Positions 36,622 through 50,285 of a stretch of DNA of 64,000 nucleotides are shown here, one piece after another. Position 1 is the first letter of the stretch. Each line of letters starts with the position of its first letter. A model generated the notes under the pieces. It made no database searches and had not been told where the DNA came from. It saw only the letters and a list, made by a program, of their open reading frames with translations. The stretch spans positions 12,776,707 to 12,840,706 of the forward strand of contig NC_068994.1 of NCBI RefSeq assembly GCF_001194135.2, read 5' to 3'. The DNA is from Octopus bimaculoides. Taxonomy: Eukaryota. Made by a program: the position numbers and the translations under genes.

Positions 36622-37461
36622 GTAAGTAGGAATTGTTTCTTTAATAAATGTTTTGACATCATCCTCATCATCATAACATCCACTTTTCCATGTAATGTAA
36701 TATTTTGCCAAGTAAGTTAATATTTTCTGTGTCAGACATATTTTCACAGAATATTGGAAATGAACGACATTCATTTACAACAACATGCTGTCTAGACAAT
36801 GAGACAATTGTTAAGGCAGCGAGCTGGCAGAAATGTTAGCGATATTTCGTCTGCCGTTACATTCTGAGTTCAAATTCCACTGAGGTCAACTTTGCCTTTC
36901 ATCCTTTCGGGGTCGATAAATTAAGTACCAGTTACACACTGGGGTCGATGTAATCGACTTAATCCGTTTGTCTGTCCTTGTTTGTCCCCTCTGTGTTTAG
37001 TCCCTTGTGGGCAATAAAGAAATAACAAACACATGCACTCACTCACCCACCCACACATACAGACATATATGTATATGGAAGCCCGTTTTGTGTGTGTGTG
37101 TACACACACAATATGTAAAAGTAAGATCTAAGGATCAAGATGTAGGAAGTTAGTAAGCTTTGAGCAGTCTGTAGAAGATATAAAAAACAACTTTCAGGAA
37201 TGGTAGTGGTTTATTGATGTAGAAGGTTGTAAATTCCTCTGTCACCCTATCCCCTCAAAATTTTACATTAACAGGAAACCTAATAGGCACACCTCCCACC
37301 CCTGCTTTATTGTTTAATCAGAACCATGGCTCTTTACAGGGTCTGCAAGACAGGTTGGAGAGAAACATAGAAAACGGGTTGTTAAATGATGATGATGTGA
37401 CCATAGGTTACAACTCACTCAAGACACAGCATAAAAACCAAATTCTTTGTTTCTCTTTCAG

Positions 37462-37589
37462 TAATATATTTACTTGGCAAACCTACAATGCTCTGTTTAT
37501 CATCAGGAGTTTATGCAAGTATTTTGTTGAAAACCTCAGCGAAGAACTTATAACACAACAGTTTGATTCTGTCAACTCAGCTGAAGCAG
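37462..37589 (+). CDS. DYM: Dymeclin exon (NIFTWQTYNALFIIRSLCKYFVENLSEELITQQFDSVNSAEA)
   Basis: 128 nt, tttcag acceptor and gtaaat donor; resembles DYM IFIWQTHNALFII. Confidence 0.95.
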
Positions 37590-37867
37590 GTAAATAAACA
37601 TATTTTCCTTTGCCTTATGTATTTTCGTTTAAAATCTCCAAAATCAGTAAAAAATATATAGATGAATTTTCAAACCCTTTTATTACTATGTTTTCTGTTG
37701 AATTACAGTGTCTTCGTTTTAATTAATTTTGAAAACATGCCATGAAAAACAAAAACAAAAAAAGCGCTCAGTGGTTGGCATTAGAAACCAGCCATAGAAT
37801 AAACCATTTACAAAGCAGACATTGGAGCTCAGTATAGTCCAGTTGACTGATATCAGCATATGAGCAT

Positions 37868-37951
<84 letters not shown>

Positions 37952-38156
37952 TTACTCTAATAGAAATAGATAGTTCCATTCATTCTAATTGGAATTTTGG
38001 AACATAATTGTTTTAAATTTCAGCACAAGGTCAGTCGTTTTAAAGGAAGTTGATGTAACCAACCCCAGTGTTCAACTGGTACTTATTTTAACACAGTTCT
38101 ATATTTAAGAGATGAGGAATTATTTACATTATTTACAATTGACGGATATGGCTGGT

Positions 38157-38250
38157 ATACGTTTTGGTTGATATACCCTCCAGCCTTCATCAGGTGTCTT
38201 GGGGAAATTTTGAACCTGGGTTCTCATTCCTAAGATATTTTTCGATGTTG
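38157..38250 (-). mobile_element. Penelope-like repeat end with decayed hammerhead motif
   Basis: Reverse complement GACAC-CTGATGA-A-GGCTG-gagggtatat-CAACC-AAAA-CGT. Confidence 0.6.
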
Positions 38251-38501
38251 CTGTTGCTGCTGCTGTTGTTGTTGGTACTTATTTTATCTCCCACCAAAGG
38301 GATGAAAAGTAAAATCAGTCTCGGTGGAATTTGAACCCAGAACATACAGAGCCGGAAGAAATGCCACTAAGCATTTTGTCCAACTCACAAATGATTCTAG
38401 CAACTCATTTTGGCTTTTATATTGTGAATTTTACGACTTAGAAGTTCTTGCAGATTGTTGTATATTTCCAAATATTTGACATCCAATTTCTTATTTTTCA
38501 G

Positions 38502-38583
38502 AATGTGATTCAGATGACGACACTCCTCTTGCAGAGAAATTAATGAACTCTCTCGTGGAATTGCTTGTCGACGTTCCAGTTGT
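38502..38583 (+). CDS. DYM: Dymeclin exon (CDSDDDTPLAEKLMNSLVELLVDVPV)
   Basis: 82 nt, tttcag acceptor and gtgagt donor, phases 1 to 2 consistent; resembles DYM LLEELL..L.QLITDIP. Confidence 0.9.
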
Positions 38584-39029
38584 GTGAGTAACCATTTTTT
38601 TGTTGACTATCATCTTCAGTTTTAATGACTAAGTGGATGGCTGTGTTATACATGATTAATGATTGGAGGTAGTGATCAAGACCTTTGGCATTATGTCATG
38701 CTTGAGAAGAAGACCCATCAAACCAAGCAGAATTGCAGTCGTGGCAGATACCGGTGTCATGCAAATGGCACCTGTGCTGGTAGCACATAAAAGCACCCAT
38801 TACAGTCTTGGAGTGGTTGGCGGTAGGAAGGGCATCCAGCTGTAGAAAACCATACCAAATCAGATTGGAACCTGGTGCAGCTCTCCAGCTTACCAGTTTC
38901 AGTTAAACCATCTAACCCATGCCAATATGGAAAGCAGATGCTAAATGATGATGATGAAAGTGAATAAATAGGCATTACATTTGACAGAATAATCTGAATG
39001 CTAAAGGGTTAAATAAAAGATATAAACAT

Positions 39030-39150
39030 TATTTACATTTGATGGATATTTGTCCTCATCTTGTTTGTTGTTAACACAACGTTTCGGCTGATATACCCTC
39101 CAGTATTCATCAGGTGTCTTGGGGAAATTTCGAACCTGGGTTCTCAATCC
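39030..39150 (-). mobile_element. Penelope-like repeat end with hammerhead motif (39073-39118)
   Basis: Reverse complement GACAC-CTGATGA-ATACTG-gagggtatat-CAGCC-GAAA-CG-TT-GTGTT. Confidence 0.65.
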
Positions 39151-39424
39151 ACGCACTAAGCTTTAGTCAGCCTGGAACTGTAGTAGAAGACACTTGACTA
39201 AGGTGTCACACAGTGGGACTGAACTCAGTACTATGTGGTTGGGAAGCAAACCTTTCAACCACACAGCCATACTTGCACCTGTTGATAAGAAAATTAATAA
39301 GTAAATACAACATTGCATTGAAGATGTGTAGATTTATTATATTTCTTACAATTAAACAAAATATCATTTAAATACCCTGATCACCATTACAAATATGTAA
39401 CCCTATTTTATTATCTTCCTACAG

Positions 39425-39550
39425 GAATTTCTCTTATGCTTTGCATTTGGAGGCATTGAACACTCTGATAGTTTTGCTGTCTATCCAAATGTATCAACCC
39501 CAAGCAGCCTCCAACTTTGCCTATTACAGATATATGATGCAAGGAAAATG
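39425..39550 (+). CDS. DYM: Dymeclin exon (NFSYALHLEALNTLIVLLSIQMYQPQAASNFAYYRYMMQGK)
   Basis: 126 nt, tacag acceptor and gtaaat donor; resembles DYM TYEISVEAISTMVVFLSCQLF. Confidence 0.93.
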
Positions 39551-40296
39551 GTAAATCTTTTAGTTTTAGTAAAATGAAAAAAAAAATTTAATTTAAATTA
39601 AAATAAAAAACACTTTTGTTTTTGAAACTTATTTTTATGGGCTTACAATCATGAGGTAGTGAGTTTGATTCCTGGACTAGGCTGTGTGTTGTGTTCTTGA
39701 AAAAGACACTTTATTTTTTGTTGTTCCCGTTCACTCAGCTGTAGAAACGAGTTGCGATGTCACTAGTGCCAAGCTGTATCGGCCTTTGCCTTTCCTTAGG
39801 ACAGCGTCACTGGTATGGTGAAGGGAGACTGGTTTGCATGGGTGACTGCTGGTCTTGTGCCTTGGAGACTGACATGCACAGGTGACTTGTGCCTCAGAGG
39901 GGAACTTTCTCGGTGCAATCCCATGGTCATTGATGACTAAAGGGGGTCTTTACCATTTACCTTGGGGAAAAGGCGATCCATATTAATCTGGCCTTTATTC
40001 CTTGACCTGTCCAGTATGGAAGGCCCAATATGGAGCTTGTGATCTGCATGTGTAACTCTCTGGGTCATTGAGGTACACAAGTCATCACACTGCAACAAGA
40101 ACTGGATGATGTGATGAATTTGATATCAGTAGACTGATAAAAATTTTTAAAAGTTTATGAGAGAACGGTCACTACGACTCATAAGAATTGCAAGAATTTC
40201 AGCTAAGTAGTGTCTATGCTGGTTGCCAAAGATTTTTCTTTCTTTGTAAAAAGTCATATTGTTAGAGGTGTATGTAAAAAGTATGATGCTCTATGG

Positions 40297-40563
40297 CAGG
40301 GGTTTTCAAACTTTTTGACTTGCGGACCCCTTTATATTTCAGGCTTTACCTTATAAACACTTATGAAATTTATATATAAATATTTGCTTAAAATAACATA
40401 TATTTTTACATTTATTTATTTAACAGTATTTAACAAATAGGTTTATTGTCAATTAAAAGATTTCGATTAAAAACCATATATAAAATCAAATTGCCCATAA
40501 AAAGTATTTGCTGTTCATGGACCCCCTGTCTTGTCCTTGCGGACCACAGTTTGAAAACCACTG
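40297..40563. mobile_element. hAT (Charlie-like) MITE inserted in an RTE LINE relic
   Basis: TSD CTCTATGG at 40289-40296 and 40564-40571; TIRs caggggttttcaaac / gtttgaaaaccactg. Confidence 0.9.
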
Positions 40564-42859
40564 CTCTATGGAAATGAAACGTGGAATGATCTACAGTCAA
40601 TGTTTAAAAAATACTGGTGTGTGACGGAGATATGTATGGCACCTGTGGAATTGTGGTTGTGGTCATTGTTGGTGTTGTGTAAATGGCACCCTAGCACCTG
40701 TGGTTCCTGGACTGGTCTGTGTGTTATGTTATTGAGTAAGACACTTTATTTCACGTTGCTCATGTTTAATTAAGTGTAGAAATGAGTTATGATGTCACTA
40801 GTGCCAAGCTGTATCAGCCTTTCCCTTTCTCTTGGATAACATTGGTGGTATGGAGAGTAGGAGGCTGATACGCATGGGCGACTGCTGGTCTTCCATAAAC
40901 AACCTTACTTGGGCTTGTACCTTGGAGGGGAACTTATTAGGTGCTATCCCATAGGCATTCATGACTGAAAGGGGTCTTTACACTTTGTGTGGGGTAACTT
41001 TTTACATCAATTATACACCCATCCTGCTACCCCAATCTGTTTTAATTCTCATCAATTACAATCACAGTTTTTATTAACCAACTTTATTTATCCTCACAAT
41101 ATCTTCATAATAACCTTCCTTACAGCTTATACTCTAATACTCAACTTATATTCTAATACTCAACATTTTTCTCATAATTAATCCATCTTTTAACCCTTTT
41201 GATACCAACCTGCCTGAGACCAACCCTCAGTTCTATGATTCAAACTTCCTATTTTAAAGTGATCTAAATTAAAAGTTTACATCAAAGTTCCTTGTTAATT
41301 TATATCCCAAACATCAGATGAATAATGACAAAGTTATTTTACGAAGTTCTTCATTGTTTTCAAAATTAACTGAAACAAATGCAGTTTATTCTAACAGAAA
41401 TATGGTGACAAAAAAGTTAATCTATCTTTTACCCCCTTTAATTCCAGTCTGTCTGAGACTGAACCTGGGTGTCTGAGATATAAACTCCTTGTTTTTAAGG
41501 TGACCTAAATTAAAACTTTTCATCAAAAGTTGATGTTAATATATGTTCCAAACACCAGCTTCAACTAAGTTTGATTAAATTCTCCTTTATTTTCAAAATT
41601 AATTTAAACAAAGGCAGTGTATTTCTACTGAAAGATGGTAACAAAAGGGTAAATTAACATAGCTGTCAATTCTCAAATTTAACCATTTCTCTTCCACCAG
41701 ATGTCTTATATTTCTCACTAATCAAATATTGGTTGTTTCCAATTTTGGCAAAGGGCCAGCAATTTTGGGAGAGGGACTAAGTCAGTTACATTGACCCCTG
41801 TACTCAACTGGTACTTATTTTATTGACCTCAAAAGATGCAGCGACATTTGAACTTGGAATGTAAAGTTAAAAGAAATCTTAAGCAATTTGTGTGGCACCT
41901 TGATGATTCTGCCTGCTCACTAATCAAATATTGCTTCTAAACAGTATTGGGTTCTTGAAATATATCAAGAAAATTTCTGTTCATAATGGCAGGTCTGATT
42001 GGATTGGATCGTAGGAGTCTTCATTTACATTATTTATTGTCCATATTAAGGTGGTAGATTATCAGAACTGTTAGAGTATCAGTGAGGGAAAAAAAACCCC
42101 AAAAACCCAAAAAACTTGTGGTTTTTGTTCCAGCTCTTTACAGTCTCAGTTCAAACCCTGCCAAATTTAACTTCGCTTTTTGTCACTCCAGGGTTGATAA
42201 AATAAGGTATCAGTCAAGTACTAGGACTGATGGTATCAACTGACTCCCCCTCCCTTTTAAAATTGCTGGCCTTGTTGCTTAAATTAGAAACTATTATTTA
42301 TGGTCTTCTTTGTCTGAGTTGATTGACTTAGTGATGGCCTGGATATTTAATAGACCAGACTACATTGTGTTATAGAAAATATTTGTGGCTATTGTTAGGA
42401 ACAGATCTTGTTGTATAGGCCTCTGCTTTCTACTTCACATTGCAGACAATTAGAATATTTACATTGATTATGTAATTATAACCATGTGGTTATGAAGTTT
42501 ACAATCATGTGGTTCCAAGTTCACTCCCACTCTGTGGCACTTTGGGCAAGTATTCTACTGTAGTCTTGAGTTGAACAATACCTCATTGACTTAGTTGACA
42601 GAAAGTGTGCAGAAGCCTGTTGTATTAGTAATGGAGATGGATTTTCTGAAAGCATAATTACTAGAGTAAGAACAGGGTAACAACAAGTGTTTCAGTATCA
42701 GAGTGAAGAGCAAATTGTTTGATGTTTGTGTATGAAGTGCAGTGCTTGCATGGTAGTGGAAACTGGGCCTTGAATGTGAAGGGTTTGTGAAGGCTTGGAA
42801 NNNNNNNNNNNNNNNNNNNNNNNNNNNNNNNNNNNNNNNNNNNNNNNNNNNNNGGAAAG

Positions 42860-43235
42860 AAATAATGCAGGCATACTCTACTCGATGTATAATGTTAGTG
42901 TGCATGAACAACAAAACATAAATGAGCTGAAAGAAAAACTGGATGCTATAGGAATTGGATGAAATGTGCATAGTAGAGGAATATACTGGTATGGGAATGT
43001 GATATGTATGGAGGATGTGATTATATAAAGAATTGCCAAATGTTCCAAGTGAATGGAGGTTAGAAGAGAGAGGAAATGAATAAAAGCATGGCATGAAATG
43101 AAGAGAATTGATCTGTGAAGAGGCTGAATCTCATGAAAGAGATGACAAAGGGCTGTGACACGTGACAGAATGCTGCGCCAGAGAAAACCTGCTTCACCCA
43201 TGCATGCTTTGAAAAGCATATAAAATGATGATGGG
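42860..43235 (+). mobile_element. RTE LINE 3' end relic
   Basis: Degenerate RTE C-terminal coding pattern followed by cccatgc...aaatgatgatg tail. Confidence 0.65.
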
Positions 43236-43614
43236 ATACTGATGGAGAGTGTGGTGTATAATATATAAACATTTGAATATCTCTTGACCACTGTAGTCAG
43301 ATTATGTCCCCATCCATCATTTTTGCCCTCCCCCCTATCTTCATTACTCTAACATCTATCAGTCAACTTCTTTCCTATCATTCTACCTCTGTGTAATGAA
43401 GGATGGTATTAATATTCTGGATTATCTTTTATCTTTTACTGGTTTCACTCATTAGACTGCAGCCGTGCTGGGGCACTGCCTTCATGAATTGACCCCAGAA
43501 CTTCTTTTTTTGTTTATTTTTTAAGCCTGGTACTTATTTGAGCTGTCCCTTTTGCTGAATTGTAAATTATGGGATGTAAACACACCAACACTGATTGTTA
43601 GACAGTGGTGGGAG

Positions 43615-43657
<43 letters not shown>

Positions 43658-46600
43658 NNNNNNNNNNGATGGGCTTCTTTCAGTTTCCATCTACCAAATC
43701 TATTCACAAGGCTTTGGCTGGCCTGAGACTATAATAAAAGACACTTGCCCAAGGAACCACACAATGTGACTGAACCCACAACCATGTGGTTGGGAAGCAA
43801 GCTTCTCATCACACAGCTATGCCTGTGCTTATACTGGATTAGTTCATTATCTCCCATAATCTTCCCCTAATCATCAACGTTCTTTAATACTCCCCTTTAC
43901 TCCTCTGACCAACCATTGTGAACACCCTTCACTGCTGCTGTCTTAACATCACCCATCTTCATTATTATATCAGTCCACCTCACAGTTCTCCTCTCTCTCT
44001 CTTGCTCTCTGTAGTTTGACTTCAGATCAGCCCTTATATAGGAGACCTCTGATGAAAGATGTTCCAGTCATGACCACCCCAACTTATTTCCAGATATAAT
44101 GATGTCATATAAACTGTCATATAAAATAAGAAAATTGATCAATTTACATCATAAATAACATATACCGTATTTTAACGTGTATAAGGAACCCTCGTGTATA
44201 AGGACCCCCCCCCCNNNNNNNNNNNNNNNNNNNNNNNNNNNNNNNNNNNNNNNNNNNNNNNNNNNNNNNNNNNNNNNNNNNNNNNNNNNNNNNNNNNNNN
44301 NNNNNNNNNNNNNNNNNNNNNNNNNNNNNNNNNNNNNNNNNNNNNNNNNNNNNNNNNNNNNNNNNNNNNNNNNNNNNNNNNNNNNNNNNNNNNNNNNNNN
44401 NNNNNNNNNNNNNNNNNNNNNNNNNNNNNNNNNNNNNNNNNNNNNNNNNNNNNNNNNNNNNNNNNNNNNNNNNNNNNNNNNNNNNNNNNNNNNNNNNNNN
44501 NNNNNNNNNNNNNNNNNNNNNNNNNNNNNNNNNNNNNNNNNNNNNNNNNNNNNNNNNNNNNNNNNNNNNNNNNNNNNNNNNNNNNNNNNNNNNNNNNNNN
44601 NNNNNNNNNNNNNNNNNNNNNNNNNNNNNNNNNNNNNNNNNNNNNNNNNNNNNNNNNNNNNNNNNNNNNNNNNNNNNNNNNNNNNNNNNNNNNNNNNNNN
44701 NNNNNNNNNNNNNNNNNNNNNNNNNNNNNNNNNNNNNNNNNNNNNNNNNNNNNNNNNNNNNNNNNNNNNNNNNNNNNNNNNNNNNNNNNNNNNNNNNNNN
44801 NNNNNNNNNNNNNNNNNNNNNNNNNNNNNNNNNNNNNNNNNNNNNNNNNNCCCCCCCCCCTAATTTTGGAGGCTTAAAATTTGGAAAAAAAAGTTTTACA
44901 AGGGATTATAATACTATCCATGTATAAGAAACTTCCATGTTTTTTTAACCTAATTTTTGACAGAAAACGGTTCCTTATACATGTTTAAATATGGCAATTT
45001 GTTGTGTGTATGGAAAAAAAAAAGTGGGGTGCAAGAATCTAGAAAGTTCCCCTTCAAGGCACAAATCCGGCCAAGGTTGTTTACGGAGGACCAGCAGTCG
45101 TCCATGCATGCCAGCATCCCCCCTCAACGCCACCGATGTTATCCAAAGGAAAGACAAAAGCCGATACAGCTCGGCACCAGTGACGTCGCAACTCATTTCT
45201 AGAGCTGAGTGAACTGGAGCAACGTGGAATAAAGTGTTTTGCTCAAGAATACAACACACAGCCCAGTCTGGGAATTGAACTCACTCCCTCATGACTGTGA
45301 GCCCAACACAAACCACCGAGCCATGTCTCTTTACTTTTGATCAGCTCATGGCTATACAAGAAAGCATTTGCTCAAGGTGTTATACACTAGGACTTAATCT
45401 GAAACAATGTGGTTGGGAAGCAAACATGTTGCCACAGCCATGCCTGCATCTATATTTGCTCTTTTCTAACTAGGGTTTTTCTGTAAGGAAAGATTTTTTT
45501 CCCTAGTAAATCCCTATTATTTTTCATATAATAATTCCTTGCTTTTATGTTTGAAATCATTCCAACGTAAGCAAAATAAATAGCAATGGTTTTGTGATTA
45601 AGAAGTTTGCTTTACAACCAAGAGGTTCTAGGATCAATCCCACTGTACTGTTCATTATGAAACCATTAACCTTGAATAGACTAAAACTTAGAGTGAAATT
45701 CAGTAGATAGAAACTGTATAGAAGCCTGTTTTATGTCCTTTGTCCTTCAGCTCTTAAATGGAGTTATAGGAGCTCTACCTTAACAGATTGTATGTTTTGG
45801 GCATTATTTAGATCTGATGGGGCTCATCCTCTTTAGGTCTGACCAGAGCTGATCTCTTCTAAAGAGAGAGAGAGAGAGAGAAATAAAGTGGAAGGAGAGA
45901 GGATAAAAGGAATATCAATGCAGGGGTGGTGCTTTATTCATCGACTCTGAAAGGACAAAAGTCTAAATTGATCTTAGCAAGATTTGAACTCAGAATGCTG
46001 AGAGCCAGAATAGTTACCACAGAGCAGTCTATATGGTGCTCTTACGACTCTGCCAGTTGCATGTGTATGTGTCTGTGTGTTGGTAATTGTGTGTAAATGA
46101 GAGAATGCTTATAAATCAGTTGAGCCGAAATACTGGGCAGTATCTAGTAATAATTGCGAGTTACACCCCCTTACACTAAGCTGGACTAAATTATTATTCG
46201 ACTAGGATAAAAGCTGCACTCCATGCGGACTTTTAAGCTAGCCTCTGTGGAGGGCTAATTGGGCTTGTGGCCCAAAACTAAGGAGAGCTAAATAGCATGA
46301 CTATAATACATCTATAATGACTGTATACTCCAGTGGGGTTTGATCAGAGGTTAATTCCATAATGCAATCATTCTATTGTTCCAGTCCCATGTTGAATTCC
46401 AACTGTTGGCCAATTTGTCCCAAAGTTCTTATCTCGATGTAAAATTAAAGAAGCAAATGTCATTTATCTCCCCCTTGATCTTTGATGTCATCTGACAGTC
46501 GCCAACCAAGATGGCGTGAACCAGCCAAGCTTTACCTGCTAGAAATAGCAACCCAAATGCTTTTAAATCAGATCCCAATGCTGGATGTTCATGAACCAAA

Positions 46601-46921
46601 TGAAGGGCAGATTTTCAATCCCAGGTTGTTCCGTTGATCAGATCAACTGGAACCCTCGATGTCGTAAGCGACGGAGTGCCAGCATACTTTCACATAGCAA
46701 AGTCTTTCAGTCTTTCACCATGTATATCTGTTCCTTTCTTACTGACATTCTCTCCCACTATATCTCAAATTCCTTGCCAAATATATAGAACTCCAATTTC
46801 TCTGTTCATTTATTTCTACTTCATTAATCTTTACCTGTTTAAGCCATATTTGTATATATATATATCTGTGTGTGTGTGTGATGTACATATGTATGTAAAT
46901 ATATGTGTATATTTGCTCTAG

Positions 46922-47113
46922 CTGGTCTTTGGAATGTTGTGACACTTGGAATGGGTAGTACTGCCAAAAAGAAAGAAGATGAATTTATCACTGAAGCACT
47001 TTTAGCCAACCAAAGTATTCTGTTTGTACTAGTGTTGGCTAATCACTGTACAGGGGAACGCAAGATGATTAATCCCTATCGACAGGCACTCTGCTCTTTC
47101 ACCAATTCTCAAG
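46922..47113 (+). CDS. DYM: Dymeclin exon (GLWNVVTLGMG...LLANQSILFVLVLANHC...NPYRQALCSFTNSQ)
   Basis: 192 nt, ctag acceptor and gtaagt donor; conserved GLW.V.TLG, LANQS and NPYRQA motifs. Confidence 0.95.
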
Positions 47114-47293
47114 GTAAGTCTACCTTTATTTTCTCTCCATATCTTATCCATCTCTGTGTGTCTCTTTCTCTATCTCTGTCTGTTTTTTTAATCTATGTAT
47201 CTGCTCATCTCTCCTTGCACCCACCTGCTTTTTTATTCAAATTGCCTTTGCCTACCTGTTGACAGTATTTCCCCTTGCCTGTCTGTATAAGTG

Positions 47294-47333
<40 letters not shown>

Positions 47334-48785
47334 CAGTGTACATTTAATACACATTAGAGATGCCCATAGAAGGACATCTAACCCGCTAGAAAGAGCAGCC
47401 AAAGCTCTACACCACAAAATTAGGGATAATTTCGAAAAGGAATGAAAAATAAAAACATTTACCATCTATATTCCGAACNNNNNNNNNNNNNNNNNNNNNN
47501 NNNNNNNNNNNNNNNNNNNNNNNNNNNNNNNNNNNNNNNNNNNNNNNNNNNNNNNNNNNNNNNNNNNNNNNNNNNNNNNNNNNNNNNNNNNNNNNNNNNN
47601 NNNNNNNNNNNNNNNNNNNNNNNNNNNNNNNNNNNNNNNNNNNNNNNNNNNNNNNNNNNNNNNNNNNNNNNNNNNNNNNNNNNNNNNNNNNNNNNNNNNN
47701 NNNNNNNNNNNNNNNNNNNNNNNNNNNNNNNNNNNNNNNNNNNNNNNNNNNNNNNNNNNNNNNNNNNNNNNNNNNNNNNNNNNNNNNNNNNNNNNNNNNN
47801 NNNNNNNNNNNNNNNNNNNNNNNNNNNNNNNNNNNNNNNNNNNNNNNNNNNNNNNNNNNNNNNNNNNNNNNNNNNNNNNNNNNNNNNNNNNNNNNNNNNN
47901 NNNNNNNNNNNNNNNNNNNNNNNNNNNNNNNNNNNNNNNNNNNNNNNNNNNNNNNNNNNNNNNNNNNNNNNNNNNNNNNNNNNNNNNNNNNNNNNNNNNN
48001 NNNNNNNNNNNNNNNNNNNNNNNNNNNNNNNNNNNNNNNNNNNNNNNNNNNATTTACTGAGTATTAACTGAAACAGTTGTAAGGGATGCTGGTTATTTTG
48101 CTGTTGATAATAAACAATTATTAACTTACTAATTTTCTTTTTCTTCTCATATATATATATATATATATATATATGTCATATAATATTAATATATATATTC
48201 TCATAACATTCGGTATATCATGCTTAATGCAGATATACTGTTGAAAATCTGGAAATGGTAGTATTCATCTTGAGAAAGCATTTCATATAGAAGAATCATG
48301 TTAAAAGACACAGGAATATATCTGTCTATACAAGATACTTTCTTGAGACAAATACTGCATTTCCAGGCTTTCAACAGTATATCTGCATTAAGTATGATAT
48401 CCAGAATGCTATTTTGAACTAATACTGCTTCCATCACTAATAACAAATATATATTCTTATCCAAACTCAAACACATGCAGCCCCTTCAGAGCTGGTGAAC
48501 TCAAAGACCACAAGTAAACACATTAGTTAAGGATGAACACCATTTATTGAAGGACTTTTATCTACACCACGAGAAATGTCAAGTAGTTATTGATTCTGAC
48601 TTCAGTTTACTGATATTTCTCTCTTTAACTAATTACTATTTCTCAAATTGTCAAAGGATTCTGAACAAATTCTATAACTGCATTCACCTTCAATTTGTTT
48701 TTTGACCCCATTTTGAATTTTTAATATAATTTTTGTATGCTGTTTGTCAAATGTTATTTGTTTTCCTTCCCTGATCTGTTTGCAG

Positions 48786-48970
48786 ATGAATCAGAGAGTT
48801 CTGTCCCAACAGAAGCAGTTGCAACCTTCAAGCTAGACTTCTCTAAATTGTATAATACACTTTGTGAAACACTTCGAGATGATCAAACTACTTTGCTTTT
48901 GTATCTTTTACTGCACAGAAATCCCCACATGAAAGCTTTCATCTTATCCAGAACAAATATAGATTCATTA
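48786..48970 (+). CDS. DYM: Dymeclin exon (...FKLDFSKLYNTLCETLRDDQTTLLLYLLLHRNPHMKAFILSRTNIDSL)
   Basis: 185 nt, tgcag acceptor and gtaagt donor; resembles DYM [23 protein letters not shown]. Confidence 0.96.
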
Positions 48971-49481
48971 GTAAGTATTTACAAAAACTAATCTTTGATA
49001 TTAATTGTTGGAGTAGCAGACAAAATATGTATTAAAACCTTTCATTTTAACCAAAAAAAAAAAAAAAATGAAAAAGTTAGTTGTTTTATTAGATCCTTCC
49101 AAATTCTTGAAATAAAATATTAAATAAAAACACATAGAGAACATATTCCATCAGAAATATGGTCATAAGAAGGTTAAATGTAAAAGGTTAAAAGAAAAAT
49201 ATAAACATCATCATCATTATCATTGTTTTAACATCCACTTTTCCATGGTTGCATGGGTCAGATGGAATTTGTTGAGGCAGATATTCTCTAGCTAGATGCT
49301 CTTCCTGTCGCCAATTCTCACCTGTTTCCAAATAAGGTAATATTTGTTACAACTCTCCCAATTTGCTTATCACTTATCTGTTATGTATTTTATTTTGTTT
49401 TCTATTAATAATCAAAGACACAGTTTTTCCATCTACAGACTTACCGAAGTAGTATTACCAGTTTTTTTACCTCTTTTCTAG

Positions 49482-49607
49482 GTGATGCCTATCCTACAAA
49501 TCCTATACCATGCACAAGACAAAAACTCCCATCATATTTATATGGCACTTATTATCTTATTGATTCTAAGCGAGGATGATGTCTTTAATCGTGCAATTCA
49601 TGATGTT
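49482..49607 (+). CDS. DYM: Dymeclin exon ([42 protein letters not shown])
   Basis: 126 nt, ctag acceptor and gtaagt donor; near-identical to [22 protein letters not shown]. Confidence 0.97.
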
Positions 49608-49995
49608 GTAAGTAATTGCATCTTTTTGTTCTGTTTTTTCTTAACCCTTTAGATTTCAGATTTCTTTGTCAAATATACTACTTATTTATTCACATTGTTT
49701 TGAATTAATCACATGTTATTTTGTAGCTTCAAAATTTCAGTGGTGTGTTTGCATATTTTTAGAATGACATTGTAGGGTAGGTGTGAGAGGTTGGATCTGG
49801 TTAGTTTTAGCATTAAAAAAAAGGAGAATATTTGGGCCAGATATGGCCGGATTAAATGCTAAAGGGTTAAAGGGACCCTGAGATAATCATTCAGTTATGA
49901 ATGATTGACTGAGCATGAAATCATGTGGTTTTGGGCCCTGTCCTATTCTGTGGAACCTTGGGCAAGTGTCTTGTAAAAATTTCTTGTCTTGCAAG

Positions 49996-50038
<43 letters not shown>

Positions 50039-50171
50039 TGTATATATATATGTATGATGTATGTATGTATATATATATGTATGCATGTATGTATGTATGT
50101 ATACACACACATGCGCATGTGTGCACATACATATAATCTCCATTGTTTTAAAATGCAAATTCTTTTGACAG

Positions 50172-50285
50172 ACAATAAAACATGTACCTTGGTTCAAAGA
50201 AAGAAGTATCAATGAAGTCACATTAGGAGGTCTCCTCATTCTCGTTGTCATACGAACCATCCAATACAATATGACACGGATGAGA
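50172..50285 (+). CDS. DYM: Dymeclin exon ([38 protein letters not shown])
   Basis: 114 nt, gacag acceptor and gtaag donor; conserved [16 protein letters not shown]. Confidence 0.97.
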
